DNA of 64,000 nucleotides from Lytechinus pictus (taxonomy: Eukaryota), in the NCBI RefSeq assembly GCF_037042905.1, contig NC_087245.1, positions 12,774,001-12,838,000 on the forward strand, written 5' to 3'. Positions 1 to 11,829 of the stretch are shown piece by piece (position 1 is the stretch's first letter; every line of letters starts with the position of its first letter). The notes under the pieces were generated by a model. The model had not been told where the DNA came from and searched no databases. It saw only the letters and a list, made by a program, of their open reading frames with translations. The position numbers and the translations under genes were made by a program.

Positions 1-787
1 CAGATACAACTTCAACTGCAGTTATTCCATATGAAGGAGTACGTGCATAGTACACAAAACGGCACTGCCTTGTTTACTACACCGGGACCGAATACCCCCC
101 GGTGACGTCACACTCAAAGAACACCCGTCTCGGTAGGCATTGCAGGAGCGAACTCAGGGAAAATGGGTAGGGATAAATCGTTCAAATTCACTATTTTGAA
201 AAAAGAAAATGGGGGGTCGAATCACCTATTAGTGTTTGGGGGGTTGTAAGGTTGCTATTAATGTAAATATCTCAATATTTGGAATCGTCTTCTTAATTCA
301 ACTTTAAACAAAATAATGAGAAAATTGAAATATACACTACATGTACATGTATGTATCATACTACAGAATACAAAAGAAATTAGAGTGCGTGTGTGACATA
401 ATCGGTTCTGTAATTTGCACATCGACCAAGATGTGCATATAATCATTTTAGGCAAAATAGTCTTTTTTTGTATTCGCATCAAAGTTTTTATGAAATTTTC
501 TGTATACTTTCTGATTATTTTTCTTTCAGTTTATAATAAATTGTTGGGATGGTCTTCCCCTTTACTATTTACATGTACATGTTCATGGAATGTAGGGAAT
601 GCAGAGCAATATTCATGAACAAAATTGTCTAAAAAATATGTAAATCAGTAACTGGACACATGTTCACTTTCCTTTCCTTCAGGCCACTCCTTCACATCCA
701 CCAGTCTTCCAGTCTAATAACAAAAATAATGAATTATAATACCATCACACAACATTCACAGTGCTTCACAATGAATATTTCACCTTT

Positions 788-2987
788 GGGCGATTCCACA
801 CTAGAACTTCAAAAATATCATAAATATTAACATGCTTTCAATAAGTCATAAGTAGTGTAATATTTTACTATGATACCGAAATTTTATGAAAATAATGAAT
901 TTTAACCAAAAGTGAAGTCAGATATAGTTTTTTTAGGGGCGAACAATGGAATTTTCAATTTTCAATAATTTTGCTGAATAAATAATCAAGTACAAACACT
1001 GCCTGAAACAATTATTGGCAAAGCACGAGAAGATTGAAAATATTGCAGGTCAATGGAATAATGTATCATTGAATGTTCCAAATAATATCTACAACATTTT
1101 CATGATCCATAATAGGGGCAGCCCTGATTTTTCCGAACCTATTTTTGGCAATGTCCCGTACGACACATGAAAGTGCAAAAGTTTTTCCTACAATTTTATT
1201 TTTGATGATGCAATTTCACAAAATCAGTTTCTCTATCTTTGACCCATGGGTGATCGATTTATCCCATAAGGATCTAATTACTGCCCTTCATTTTTCAATA
1301 AATGTCTTATTAATAGTTGTCCCGTATGACACACAATATATAACGCATTCAATTACAGGATTTGGATTCAGAAACTATAGATAGTAGGCCTATTTTAATT
1401 CAAGTAATTGATTTGACATAAAGTGAACTGAAAAAGTACTTTTTTATCTCCATAGAACATGAAATAGGTTATTCTAACCATTTTAATTGATTTCATGTAG
1501 GCGTATTTTTGTGAATCCCTCCAGCTAAACTGGTGATTTTCACTGGTCAGGGCAGGTTAATTTCTTTGTCATTGAGCATGAAAAGAAAACCTTTATAATT
1601 GATTCACCCTAGCCTGGAAGATGACTTCCTCTTGCATGCTAATGTGGAATTATTATAAGAAAATTAAGATGTGAAAAAAATTACATATCAATCATCTATT
1701 TGGACTTCTCTTGAATAATCACTTACTTTTTTATATACAGTATTGAAACTCCTTACTTTTTTCATGTTGTAAAAAAACTCTGGAAAATAAGACAAGCCAT
1801 GTTGTTCACAAAAAATCTGGAAAATAAGACAAACCATATGGTTTCATGAAATGCAGAAAGGTTTAAAAAAGTAGAACCGCATTTCTTTAGAAAAAAATAT
1901 TTTGTGGAATTACAAGTGACAGTTGTGACATATATCATATGTATACATACATTTTATATGAAAATTTTTAACATTTTAGCCCCATAATTTACACAAACAG
2001 TTTCATTCATTCATTCATTGTTTAAATAGTGTATTGGAAATCATCAATTAATTCACTGAATATAACTTCACACAAAACCTCAAGTTTTTCAGCTCGTAAA
2101 AATGCTTTGAACCCTTGTACATTTCCCATCATGAAAAAAAAAAGATAACATATTGCTCCCGATTGTATATATTGAGGTTACTTAATTATATTGTCCTGAA
2201 TGACTACTTATTAAAAGACTTTTCATTAAAAAGGAAGAATTTAGGGGCAATGCTCCCCTTCTGATTGATAAAAGTTCATTGTTTTATTCAGGCTGCAGAG
2301 TGCAACACGCAAGTGCCTGTACAACACACAAGTGTCCCGTACGACACACAAGTGTCCCGTACGACACAGAAGTGTCCTGTACGACATACAAGTGTCCCGT
2401 ACGACACATTATTTTGTTTATGATAATTGACAGAAATATTCAGCCAATTGCGGTTTCTAACATAATGAATGTCTTTAGTTTGATAGGATTATCATTATCA
2501 TCAGCCAAATAAAGTGATTGAAGAAGTCAAAGAGACATAAAGTAAGAAAGTTTGGCTTCAATTTAGAGATGTCCCGTACGACACATTTTGAGTGTCCCGT
2601 ACGCCACAATGTTCTCGAAAATTGCAATTTGCTTTATTTATTCATAAAGGTTTATTTTGCTTTCTTTCATAGATGTGTTTGTTCTTAGGTAATTGAATAT
2701 CAATTTGAGTTCAGTTTCTATAAAAATTATCTGTCCAACTCACAGACTTTAGAGTACAAACTTGAGGTTTCTAAAAAAGCCACTTTTTCTGCGTCCGTAC
2801 GACACATTACTATTTTAAATCTGTATTATACAGGATGTGAATTCAAGTCATGTTAAGTCTTGGTTTTCCTAACACTGTGGTAGTACTTGATGATCACCTT
2901 TAGTTACTGGAATATTTTTATGTTTTTCTTGTCAAAAAACTGTCAAATGTTCTCTAAATGTCCCGTACGACACGTATGGAATCACCC
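788..2987. mobile_element. Non-autonomous TIR element, Sola-like (4-bp TSD)
   Basis: TIRs GGGCGATTCCACAC / GTATGGAATCACCC with CTTT on both flanks. Internal motif TGTCCCGTACGACAC recurs about ten times. Confidence 0.7.
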
Positions 2988-4162
2988 CTTTGTTCATACA
3001 TGCAATAAATATTGTGGAAAAAAAAAACAAGGCGTAACCACATTCAATTACCATGTATGTAAGGACAAATATATTATACCTTTTGAACACTTAACCTTCA
3101 GCATGTAAGATAACTGATAAGAGTTGCTAACAAAATATGTTCATAGAGCATTGCAAGAAACTTACGTTCGATTGCAAATTGAGCGCAAGTCTCAAAGTCA
3201 AATTCAAAGGTTGAGTTGTAATTGCAAATCAACTTCATGTTTGCGTTCAATCAAAGGACTTACCCTTGATTTTGGGACTTACCCTTGATTGAGTAGGAAT
3301 TTAATGCAAATTTCTTGCTACATGTATGCCCTATTACTAACATTGTGTTGAAATTGTGAAATTTTGTGTATTCTTATATTTGTCAAGCTGTATTCCTGTC
3401 CAAGCCAGTGTTCTTTATTAGTCTTCCCCAAAACTGTGCTCTAAATTGTTGTTTCCAATATCGATATTAAAAGATGATGTCATTGTCATACTCAGTAGTA
3501 AAATCAATAACTCCAGGAAAGCTAAGAGTGATAGAAGAAAAAAAGTGACTCAAGAGTGACCATGTCCAAATCACAGTTTACATATGATGGAACCTCCCAG
3601 AATGAAGTACATGTAGCATTATAATCTACTCTATCACTCAGCGAGTAGAGACCAGAGTCAGCAAGTGTGCAGACCTGTGTGTAAAAGAGACCCCAAAAAA
3701 GGAGATAAAATAATTATTCATAATATGAATTTGAGTAATGTTGTTGATTATGAGAGACTAATAATGTCTGCAACAGCCACAATTTTTGTGAACAAAATGG
3801 TTTCTAAATACTATGGAGTATGGTGGTACCAGACTTTTTAGTTTATCTTTAAAATGTTTATACATGTAGTCTAGAGACTGAGCTGATCATCATCTTCATT
3901 CTTAAAATTGATCTTATTTTCATGATACTAACTAGAAAAATTCTCAATTATCAGTTCCTACAGAGTACATAATGATGAACAATATCATTGCTATTCAATT
4001 TAAATTTTGAATCAATAAGATACATAAATAATCAGATATTATATCTAATACAGATTTAGATGAAAACATAGTCTAAGAAAACCTTGTACATGTAGGTGGG
4101 GCACCACCATGATGCAATATGAATCAAGGTAAAACATACAGAAAAAACTGCAAACGACATTC

Positions 4163-4327
4163 ATACCTCAGTCACATTTGCTCTACGATGGCCGCACGGC
4201 GAATCGAAAACAGCTGTTTTAACATTTTTTTTTTACCAGAGGGCTATAGGTGGTTTGAATACAAATGAATAAACGGCCATTTTCAACTCGCCGTATAGCC
4301 ACTGTAGAGCAAATGTGACTGAGGTAT
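4163..4327. mobile_element. Palindromic MITE
   Basis: ATACCTCAGTCACATTTGCTCTAC ... GTAGAGCAAATGTGACTGAGGTAT, with imperfect pairing continuing inward. Confidence 0.7.
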
Positions 4328-4668
4328 AAAGCACACTGCAAACATACTGTTGAATTGTTCAGCTTCAAGCACTTCTGCTCAGGCCTAGTTTGCAGGTACA
4401 GACCCTGATCGAAAATTTGATCAACAAGTGGGTCACCACGCAAAGACTAGCAAATATAAAACTGGCTGTTTTTTTAACAGTACACAATGTAGGCTGCACT
4501 TTCAGACCCTTAACTTGAATGAAGAGTTTGCACAGCAGACTAGCGCAGGCCCCAAAATAAATTGCTTTAAACAGATGTAATTACTATGCCCTAAATTCAA
4601 ATACATGTACATGTACACACAAAGTAAGCTTTCCACTTTACTGCAAACAAAATGCAGGTGGAGGCTGA

Positions 4669-5347
4669 TTTTTGTCTCGCCCACTGGAGGTGAAGGCGAG
4701 ACTTAGGGATCCAAATGTCGTCCGCGTCTGTCCGTCACAAACCTTATGACACAAAACTCTGCAACCATAAGTCACTTTTCAACCAAACTTGGGTGGTAGA
4801 TGGACTTGGGGAACCTGCCTGTTATGCTTCAGTCGGACTCAGAGGTCACATGGTAAGGTCAAAGCTCATTTTCAGGTCAACGTTTAAGTTTACATGCAAG
4901 ACTCTCTTATGACACCTAACTCCGCAACCATAAGTCACTTTTCAACCAAACGTGGATGGTAGATGGACTTGGGAACCTGCCTGTTATGCTGCAGTCGGAG
5001 GTCACATGGTAAGGTCAAAGGTCATTTTCAGGTCAACGTTTAAGTTTACATGCAAGACTCTCTTATGACACCTAACTCCACATCCGTAAGTCACTTTTAA
5101 ACCAAACTTGGGTTGTAGGTGTACTTTAAAGACCTGCATGTTATTGTGTTCGGAGGTCACAAGGTATGGTCAAGTTCATTTTGAGGTCAACATTAAAGTT
5201 TATGGGAAGACTCTTATGACAAGTGTTATTCCATCCCAGTCATTTCACAATGAAGTTTTGATACAATTCTGTTGCGTGCCGTCGCAAATCACAATATTTC
5301 TGGTTATTTTCATAAGTGGGCGAGACACAAAATCGCTTATGCCTTGA
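4669..5347 (+). mobile_element. Helentron-associated (HINE/DINE-like) element with ~155-bp internal tandem repeats
   Basis: T-run + TGTCTCGCCCAC, a nearby inverted GGCGAGAC, a short GTCY tract, three ~151-163 bp repeats, and a 3' subterminal GTGGGCGAGACA. Confidence 0.7.
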
Positions 5348-5625
5348 TAAAAAATTATTTCTGCATTCACACCTCCAAGAAACATACCCTTTAGGATAAG
5401 TTCCTTTATTAAAGTTACAAGCATGTGCAGTATGATCTGTTAAGCAAGCAAGGTGCGAGATTAAAAATCGCTAGCCCAGCAGCCTTCCACGGCGTCGTGC
5501 TGGGGTAAAAGTTCCAGTAATTTGCTTTCACACTGCCAGAATACCTGCGACCTTGGAAAATCCCCACGAAAGTTCTGGAATTTTGACAAGTACCTACATG
5601 TACTATTTAGTGGGTATTTTCTCTT

Positions 5626-6043
5626 GGGGGGGTACTTTGATTTGGTTTGGACAGGGGTGTGCGGCTGAAGGTTTAAAACCCATATTTACGGGTCATTTTG
5701 GCTAAAAAGGTACCCATTATTAGGGATTTATTACAGGGGCGGATCCAGAATTTTCCAGGGGGGGGGGCACATTTTCCCCTGGAAAATTTGACAAGCAAAA
5801 AAAAAAAAGGTTATCACCCAAAATGTAAGGTAATTTCGTATTTGCACGGGTCTAGGACATTGGAGGAGAATATGGACTCATGTTTTTAAGGCCAGTATTA
5901 TCTATAAAAAAAAAATGTGGGCCATATTTAGGGATACTCCAGCATAAGACCATACCCCGTGTTTAAGGATTTCTTCCAAAAAAGCGACCCATTCCAGCGG
6001 CACATCCCCATATGCCTTATTTTGTGAGTACCCCCCCCCCCCG
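5626..6043. mobile_element. MITE with poly-G/poly-C termini nested in another repeat
   Basis: GGGGGGGGTACT ... AGTACCCCCCCCCCCCGG with near-identical flanks ATTTTCTCTT / ATTTTCTTTT. Confidence 0.5.
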
Positions 6044-8007
6044 GATTTTCTTTTGGAGAGATTACGCGTTATTTGCTTTCACACTGCCAAAATTACCTGG
6101 TATCTTCTAATCGGGGTAAATTTCCTGAGCAGAAAAAACCTGGAATTTGGGATCTTTGAGGTGGTCTGAAACCACCTCTTGTGACAATCGACTTTAAAAA
6201 AAATAAAAAGGTATGCATACCACTTTGTATCTTTATATTTTGAATGGTACATGTACATGTATGGCATTCCTTTTTTCTGTGTAAACTGACAATTTTATTA
6301 GTTTGGAATTTGAAATTTCCTTAATTCATTTAACTGACATTTTTACAAGATTATAATTATTTCTTTCATGCCATTTTCTATACATTACATATTATTATGT
6401 AGGCTACTTTAATAGGCTATCCATACTTGTCCATGTATTACATTGTAGGCTTGGGCATAATTATTCTGAGACATGAGAAATGAGAATCCGTGATTTGGCT
6501 GACTCTATATTCTTATTGTACTAAATACCAATTGTGGTTTGTATTTGTAGTCTGTACTGTTTATGCAGGTAATGTACATGTAACCGACATGCATACCACC
6601 GACATGTACTCTGCACTGTACATTACATGCATGCTGCATCAATCCCATTCCCCAGTGCACTGATTTGACAATATGCACATGCTTCCCACGCATAAAATAG
6701 GGCCTGTCTGCACTGACACATATAATCCAGTCATGAAAACAGTATAGAATTGATGGAAAAAAAAGAATATTAGGTCAAATACAGAGAATTATAACAATCA
6801 CCTCATGTTTGGTTATGGATGCACATTAACTAAAGGACATGTTCATACCAGCACAGACTATATGTTGGTTATTGTTCAGTAATGTGAATGTGTAGGTTTG
6901 CTAGAGTAACTGTGGGCCTCTCAAGCTCTGTGGTCTGAATGATTATGTGATACTAGTGGTTACATTCTGCTTTTACATCAAGGATAGAAAGGAAATAAAA
7001 GGGGAAAATCAATATCAGGTGTGTTATTTTTACTGGCAGTACAATGTGGCTTGACTTCTTATACATGTACAAGGAGTAAGTTTTTATCAATACATGGAAA
7101 AGTAAACAACATGTAGAAAGCGAGTACAGTTTTTTTCATTTCGTCTACATTGACTCAGGAATTGACTTTTTATGTGTTATTAAAAGATTTTAAAAAAAAT
7201 AAAAAAAACCCAAATTTTTAAAGTTCATTTTCGCAATCATCAACATTTAAATATTTACTTTTTCGTAGTTTGGAAGGTAATAGAAAAGTTAATGCCTTTC
7301 ATAAAGTGAAACCTGAGATAAAGAAAAAAAAATTGTCAAGGTCTGTATAGAACATGTACTGTATATACTGATACAAGACATTAAAAAGACCATCAGAAAC
7401 AAACCTGATGTACTAGTGTACTGGTATATAATCAACATCAATATTACACACAAAGGAGATTTCAAGTTATCTCCTTTTATCGGTTGAGGACTTCAGGCGA
7501 TCATTTTCTTAGGTTGTGAGGAGTAATAAGTGTCCTTTATTATTGTGTTCTCTGTTTGTTTACATACATGTACATGAAGCGTTTTCAAGTAGTATAACTA
7601 TAAGGTAGTACTACATGTACATGCAATATTCAAGTGCTTTTCCCCCCATACTCGATTGTAGTACTATATAAAAGTACATGCTATAGAGCAAATATTTTCT
7701 ATTGTCAGGGATATTGAACTCAATTCGTTCTCTGTTTCCCTATACCTGTACACAGATTTTATTAACTGTCATGGTGGCAATAAATTATCTGAATTGTTTG
7801 TGCCACAGTACTGTTCACTAAATAACTGGTACATTTTGAAGTTTTCAGGAATTTCAGCTGTGTATAAAAGCTATATGTAATGTTTTTATCTTTAATATTA
7901 ATATTAACTAATGCATTTTGTTCACATCCCTATGCTATTTACATGGACTAGTTGCTTTCCGATGGATTAATATTTATTTCATCTTTTTGTCTTTTTTTAA
8001 TCAATAG

Positions 8008-8159
8008 CTGCATTCCTGACACAGACAGTTTGTCTCGATGACACAACGGTAAAGTTTGAAATCTGGGACACAGCCGGACAAGAGCGTTACCACAGCTTGG
8101 CACCCATGTACTACAGAGGAGCACAGGCAGCAATTGTAGTTTATGATATCACAAATCAA
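8008..8159 (+). CDS. RAB5: Rab5 small GTPase, internal coding exon (first coding exon not found in window)
   Basis: Flanked by AG and GTAAGT. Translates (A)[50 protein letters not shown], the Rab5 switch II/G3 region. Confidence 0.97.
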
Positions 8160-9240
8160 GTAAGTGTAATTGTAAGACATTCTTTTGGGGGCAATGTTCC
8201 ACATCCCACATGCCATGTACAGTACAAGCTTATTCTGTAAATGATGCATACTGTAACATGTTTATCTGCTTTAGATTAAAAAGAAAAGCAGCTGATTTTG
8301 TTAATGTGATTTTTTTTTTTTTCTCCATTCAGTAATTCTTCTTTAGTTTGATTTATGTATAAATTATAGTTTACTACAAAATACTTATGAGCAGAATATT
8401 TTGAGGTTTGTACATGTACTGTACATGCATGCTATAAAGGTTGAATATTGAGGGCATGAGTCACTAATGTTACCATTTGAAGGGAAAGTAGTGTCATGTT
8501 CTGTAACAGCTGTTTTCAGTGATATATTTGGAATATCTTGTTGTTTTATAACAGCCATGGAGAGATCAACCAATAGTTAATTGAACTGTTAGAAGAAAAT
8601 AAAAAAATATATAGTTTCTCTGTTTCACATAATTGAAAGACAACTGCAGACATTAAACAACTTTTTATTTATTTTTTGTTTCATTGTGTGTATCAAGAAA
8701 TGTGTAATATTATTAAGATGAGGAATAGGGGATACCAAATGCATTAGCACTTGAATATAAAGAAGGAGCTTTTATGAAACCTAAGTAAGTCATATTCTAT
8801 TCAAATATTTAATATTTGCTACCTTTTGTTTGAAAGACTTGTTTGAAAAAGGAAGATCAAATTTCAAAGTTGAATAAGAAATTGGAAGAATATTCCTTTT
8901 CTTTGTAAAGAAACAGAAAAAGGGAATTTCCAATTAAGTACTCTTCAGAAGATTTTGCATGGTTGTCATTTGATTTTCATACCCAGGATAGTTGTATTCG
9001 GCACCGACTGAAGGCAATCATGATGAATTTGCAACCACAGTTTTCACATTTACAGTAATTATCATACAGAAATAGTTGAGCTGATTGATAATTTTTTTTA
9101 TTTTAGATCTTAAGGATTGCAGACAACTCTGTATTCATACACAAACATTGTTGAAGTAATGTCATCACTACGATTTCTGAACATGCTATGAATGGCAAAG
9201 GAAATATTCATTACATGTACTAGTTATTGCACTTTTATAC

Positions 9241-9744
9241 CAGGGTTCCCAGCCCATCAGGGAAATCAGGGAAAATTGTTTTACTTTTTTCCAGTCATGG
9301 AATTTGATATAAAAAAAGCTGGAAAAAAATATAACAGTCTGACTGAATACCATGCTTTCAACTTTTGGGTCGATCAAAATCCAGGAATTTTGATCGACCC
9401 AAAAGTCAAAAGCGTGGTATTCAGTCAGACCTTTCGACCATGCTTTCGACTTTTGGGTCGATCAAAATCCGGGAATTTTGATCAACCCAAAAGTCGAAAG
9501 CATGGTATTCAGTCAGACTGTTATATTTTGTTGCATATCAAAACAACATCCATTGAATGACTGGTTATGGTGGTACTAATTAGTTTTATATTACAGTTTT
9601 TATACTGAAAATACATGTAATTCACTGCAACAACTTTAAAAACATATGAAACTTGGAATAGGTTTAAACGATTATCAGGGAATTTTTAAACTTAATCAGG
9701 GAAATATCAGGAAATTTTTTTTTCTTGAAAAGCTGGGAACCCTG
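9241..9744. mobile_element. MITE with 13-bp TIRs carrying a nested double-hairpin insert
   Basis: CAGGGTTCCCAGC ... GCTGGGAACCCTG with TATAC on both sides. Confidence 0.7.
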
Positions 9745-9819
9745 TATACTGAATTCAAGTACATGACTCTCTCTTTATCTCTCTCACTCTTGCTCACTGC
9801 ATTTTCCCCTTTTGTCTAG

Positions 9820-9942
9820 GAGACCTTTGGAAGGGCCAAAACGTGGGTAAAAGAACTGCAAAGACAAGCCAGTCCCAACATTGTCATAGCACTAGCTGGA
9901 AACAAGGCAGATCTTGCCAACAAGAGAATGGTCGAATTTGAG
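9820..9942 (+). CDS. RAB5: Rab5 coding exon
   Basis: Pyrimidine tract+AG acceptor, GT donor. [41 protein letters not shown] contains G4 (NKxD). Phase matches the previous exon. Confidence 0.97.
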
Positions 9943-10196
9943 GTACGTTGTTTTTTTCTTCTTTGGGTTTTTTTTATCAGTGATCCTTATTTCTACAGAG
10001 CATTTAGAATCAATTCTTCAACGATTTTGTCAAGAAGATATGTAATTTTTCAGTTACCTTTAATTCATTTTTGCTTTAAATTTATTTTAAGAAAAATCAA
10101 CACATGTTATTTCAACAATTTGGAGTTTTTATGATTCATTCCTTCTGTTTTTCAGTCAAACTAGTGTTATGAATTCTAAATTTGTCTCATTTTCTA

Positions 10197-10944
10197 GGGG
10201 GGGGTGGGGGCCTCGGAGGCCCCCCCCCTCAACGATTCGCACAATATTTTCGCCGCGCAAATTTTTTTTACTGCGCCGCTCGCTGACTTTTTACTTTCAA
10301 GTCTTGCGCAACTTTTGAGACCAATTTTGCCTCACGTGGTTCCGAAATTACGCAACATTATATAAGTGCACGTCAGACCAAAAATTGCTCAAAAACGTGA
10401 TTTTGTGTACAAAGTCAACGCAAATTGTGTTCTCAACCAAAAATCATAAATGTATAATAATTTTTAGATTTGCTGGTCTAAATGTATTTATTTTTTATAC
10501 TTTTTATGATCTCAGAAGAGTCCCCAACAAATTTCATTGAAAAAACAATGAAAAACAAAAGGTAATAAAAACAAAGAAATACATAAAAAATTACAAAAAA
10601 CAATATAATACAGAAAATGATTTGATATCACAATTTTGTTAATGTACACTTGCTAAGAACACCACAAAGAGTTTCAATTCCAAAAATTAGAACATTTGGA
10701 GCTTTATTTAGGGAGTTAGAGGAAAAAGTATGATTTCGCATACTAATTAAGCATAAATTAGCATAATCACTTAATAGCAATTCGCATTAAATAAATTACT
10801 TTACAATTTCCCAGACAACCCGCGTGCAAATTTTCGGCGCGATCGTGCAGTCGACGGCCAAGATCTCAAGGAGGGGCCTGGGAGGTCCCCCCCCCCCCCC
10901 TGGCCATATGAACTCCCAAAATACCCCGGCCTAGATAGGGTTAA
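10197..10944. mobile_element. Truncated piggyBac-like non-autonomous element
   Basis: Ends ...CTAGATAGGG-TTAA. The same terminus appears inverted at 17412-17455 (TTAACCCTATCTAGGCC). Left end not intact. Confidence 0.55.
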
Positions 10945-11130
10945 ATATCTGCTTAAAGATCTTGACAAGACAGGTACTTGTACATTATACTCTCAATTAC
11001 AAAATTACTCAGCTATCATCCAGGATTCTCCCCCATTTTGTGGTTTGTTATAAGCAATGACATTTCATTGTCGGTGTTTAGACAATTAGATTAAGGGAAT
11101 CTAATGGCATTGTGTTGTTCTAATTCACAG

Positions 11131-11224
11131 GAGGCCCAAGCATATGCAGAAGAGAACAGCTTATTGTTTATGGAGACATCTGCCAAGACTGCCATGAATG
11201 TCAATGATATATTCCTGGCAATAG
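11131..11224 (+). CDS. RAB5: Rab5 coding exon
   Basis: CAG acceptor, GTGAG donor. [31 protein letters not shown] contains G5 (ETSAK). Confidence 0.97.
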
Positions 11225-11707
11225 GTGAGTAAAATAAAAGAATAAAAACACCTTCCACACCATAAGCAATTTATTTTGAATGTGAAATATTAAAATAAAC
11301 TAAAGGGGATATTTTCATTTGTTTATTGGAAATCGAATATTTTGGTGGAGCCTCCCTACATGTAAATAGTTTTGTTTAATTTTTTTGTACACAAATTCAG
11401 GCTTGGATTTCAAACAAGAATAAAAGCAGGCAGTTTCAATTTTAATTGTCTGAATGGAAACCATTCAAAGTTTTCTTTGTGATTTTTAATTCATTTTGTC
11501 AATGCATGATTTTCAAAGTTGCATTTTTTGTGTATGTAGATGTGAGTAGCTTGCAGTAATAGACAATGTACCTTTCCCAGATATAATTCGTTCTATGAAA
11601 TTTTCTTTTCGTTTCACACCAAATGAAGTGATTTTCTTGTAATGAGTCAGTGGTGAATAGCATTTGGTTTTCACATGTCCATCGTTCTCTCTATTTCTTT
11701 ATAACAG

Positions 11708-11829
11708 CCAAGAAGCTTCCAAAGAATGACCAAGTTGGAGGGCCCAGTAGTGGACAAAGGGGCACAAACAGGGGTGTGGACCTAACAGAGAGTAACCAGC
11801 AATCATCAGGGGGGTGTTGCAAAAACTAA
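11708..11829 (+). CDS. RAB5: Rab5 last coding exon
   Basis: (A)KKLPKNDQVGGPSSGQRGTNRGVDLTESNQQSSGGCCKN* ends in a CCxx geranylgeranylation motif. TAA at 11827-11829. Confidence 0.96.

Noticed and set aside
1..8007. Rab5 first coding exon (GESAVGKSS) or promoter, including TGACGTCA at ~103
   Set aside because: I found no P-loop-encoding exon, so it is presumably upstream of the window. A lone CRE motif is not enough evidence for a promoter.
9192..9560. 122-aa ORF with internal repeats, and the 134-aa ORF at 19647-20051
   Set aside because: The first derives from palindromic MITE sequence. The second has no recognisable homology or splice support.
330..9770. Frequent TACATGTA palindromes as a regulatory array
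   Set aside because: They are scattered without spacing pattern throughout the non-coding DNA and look like a genome-wide compositional feature.
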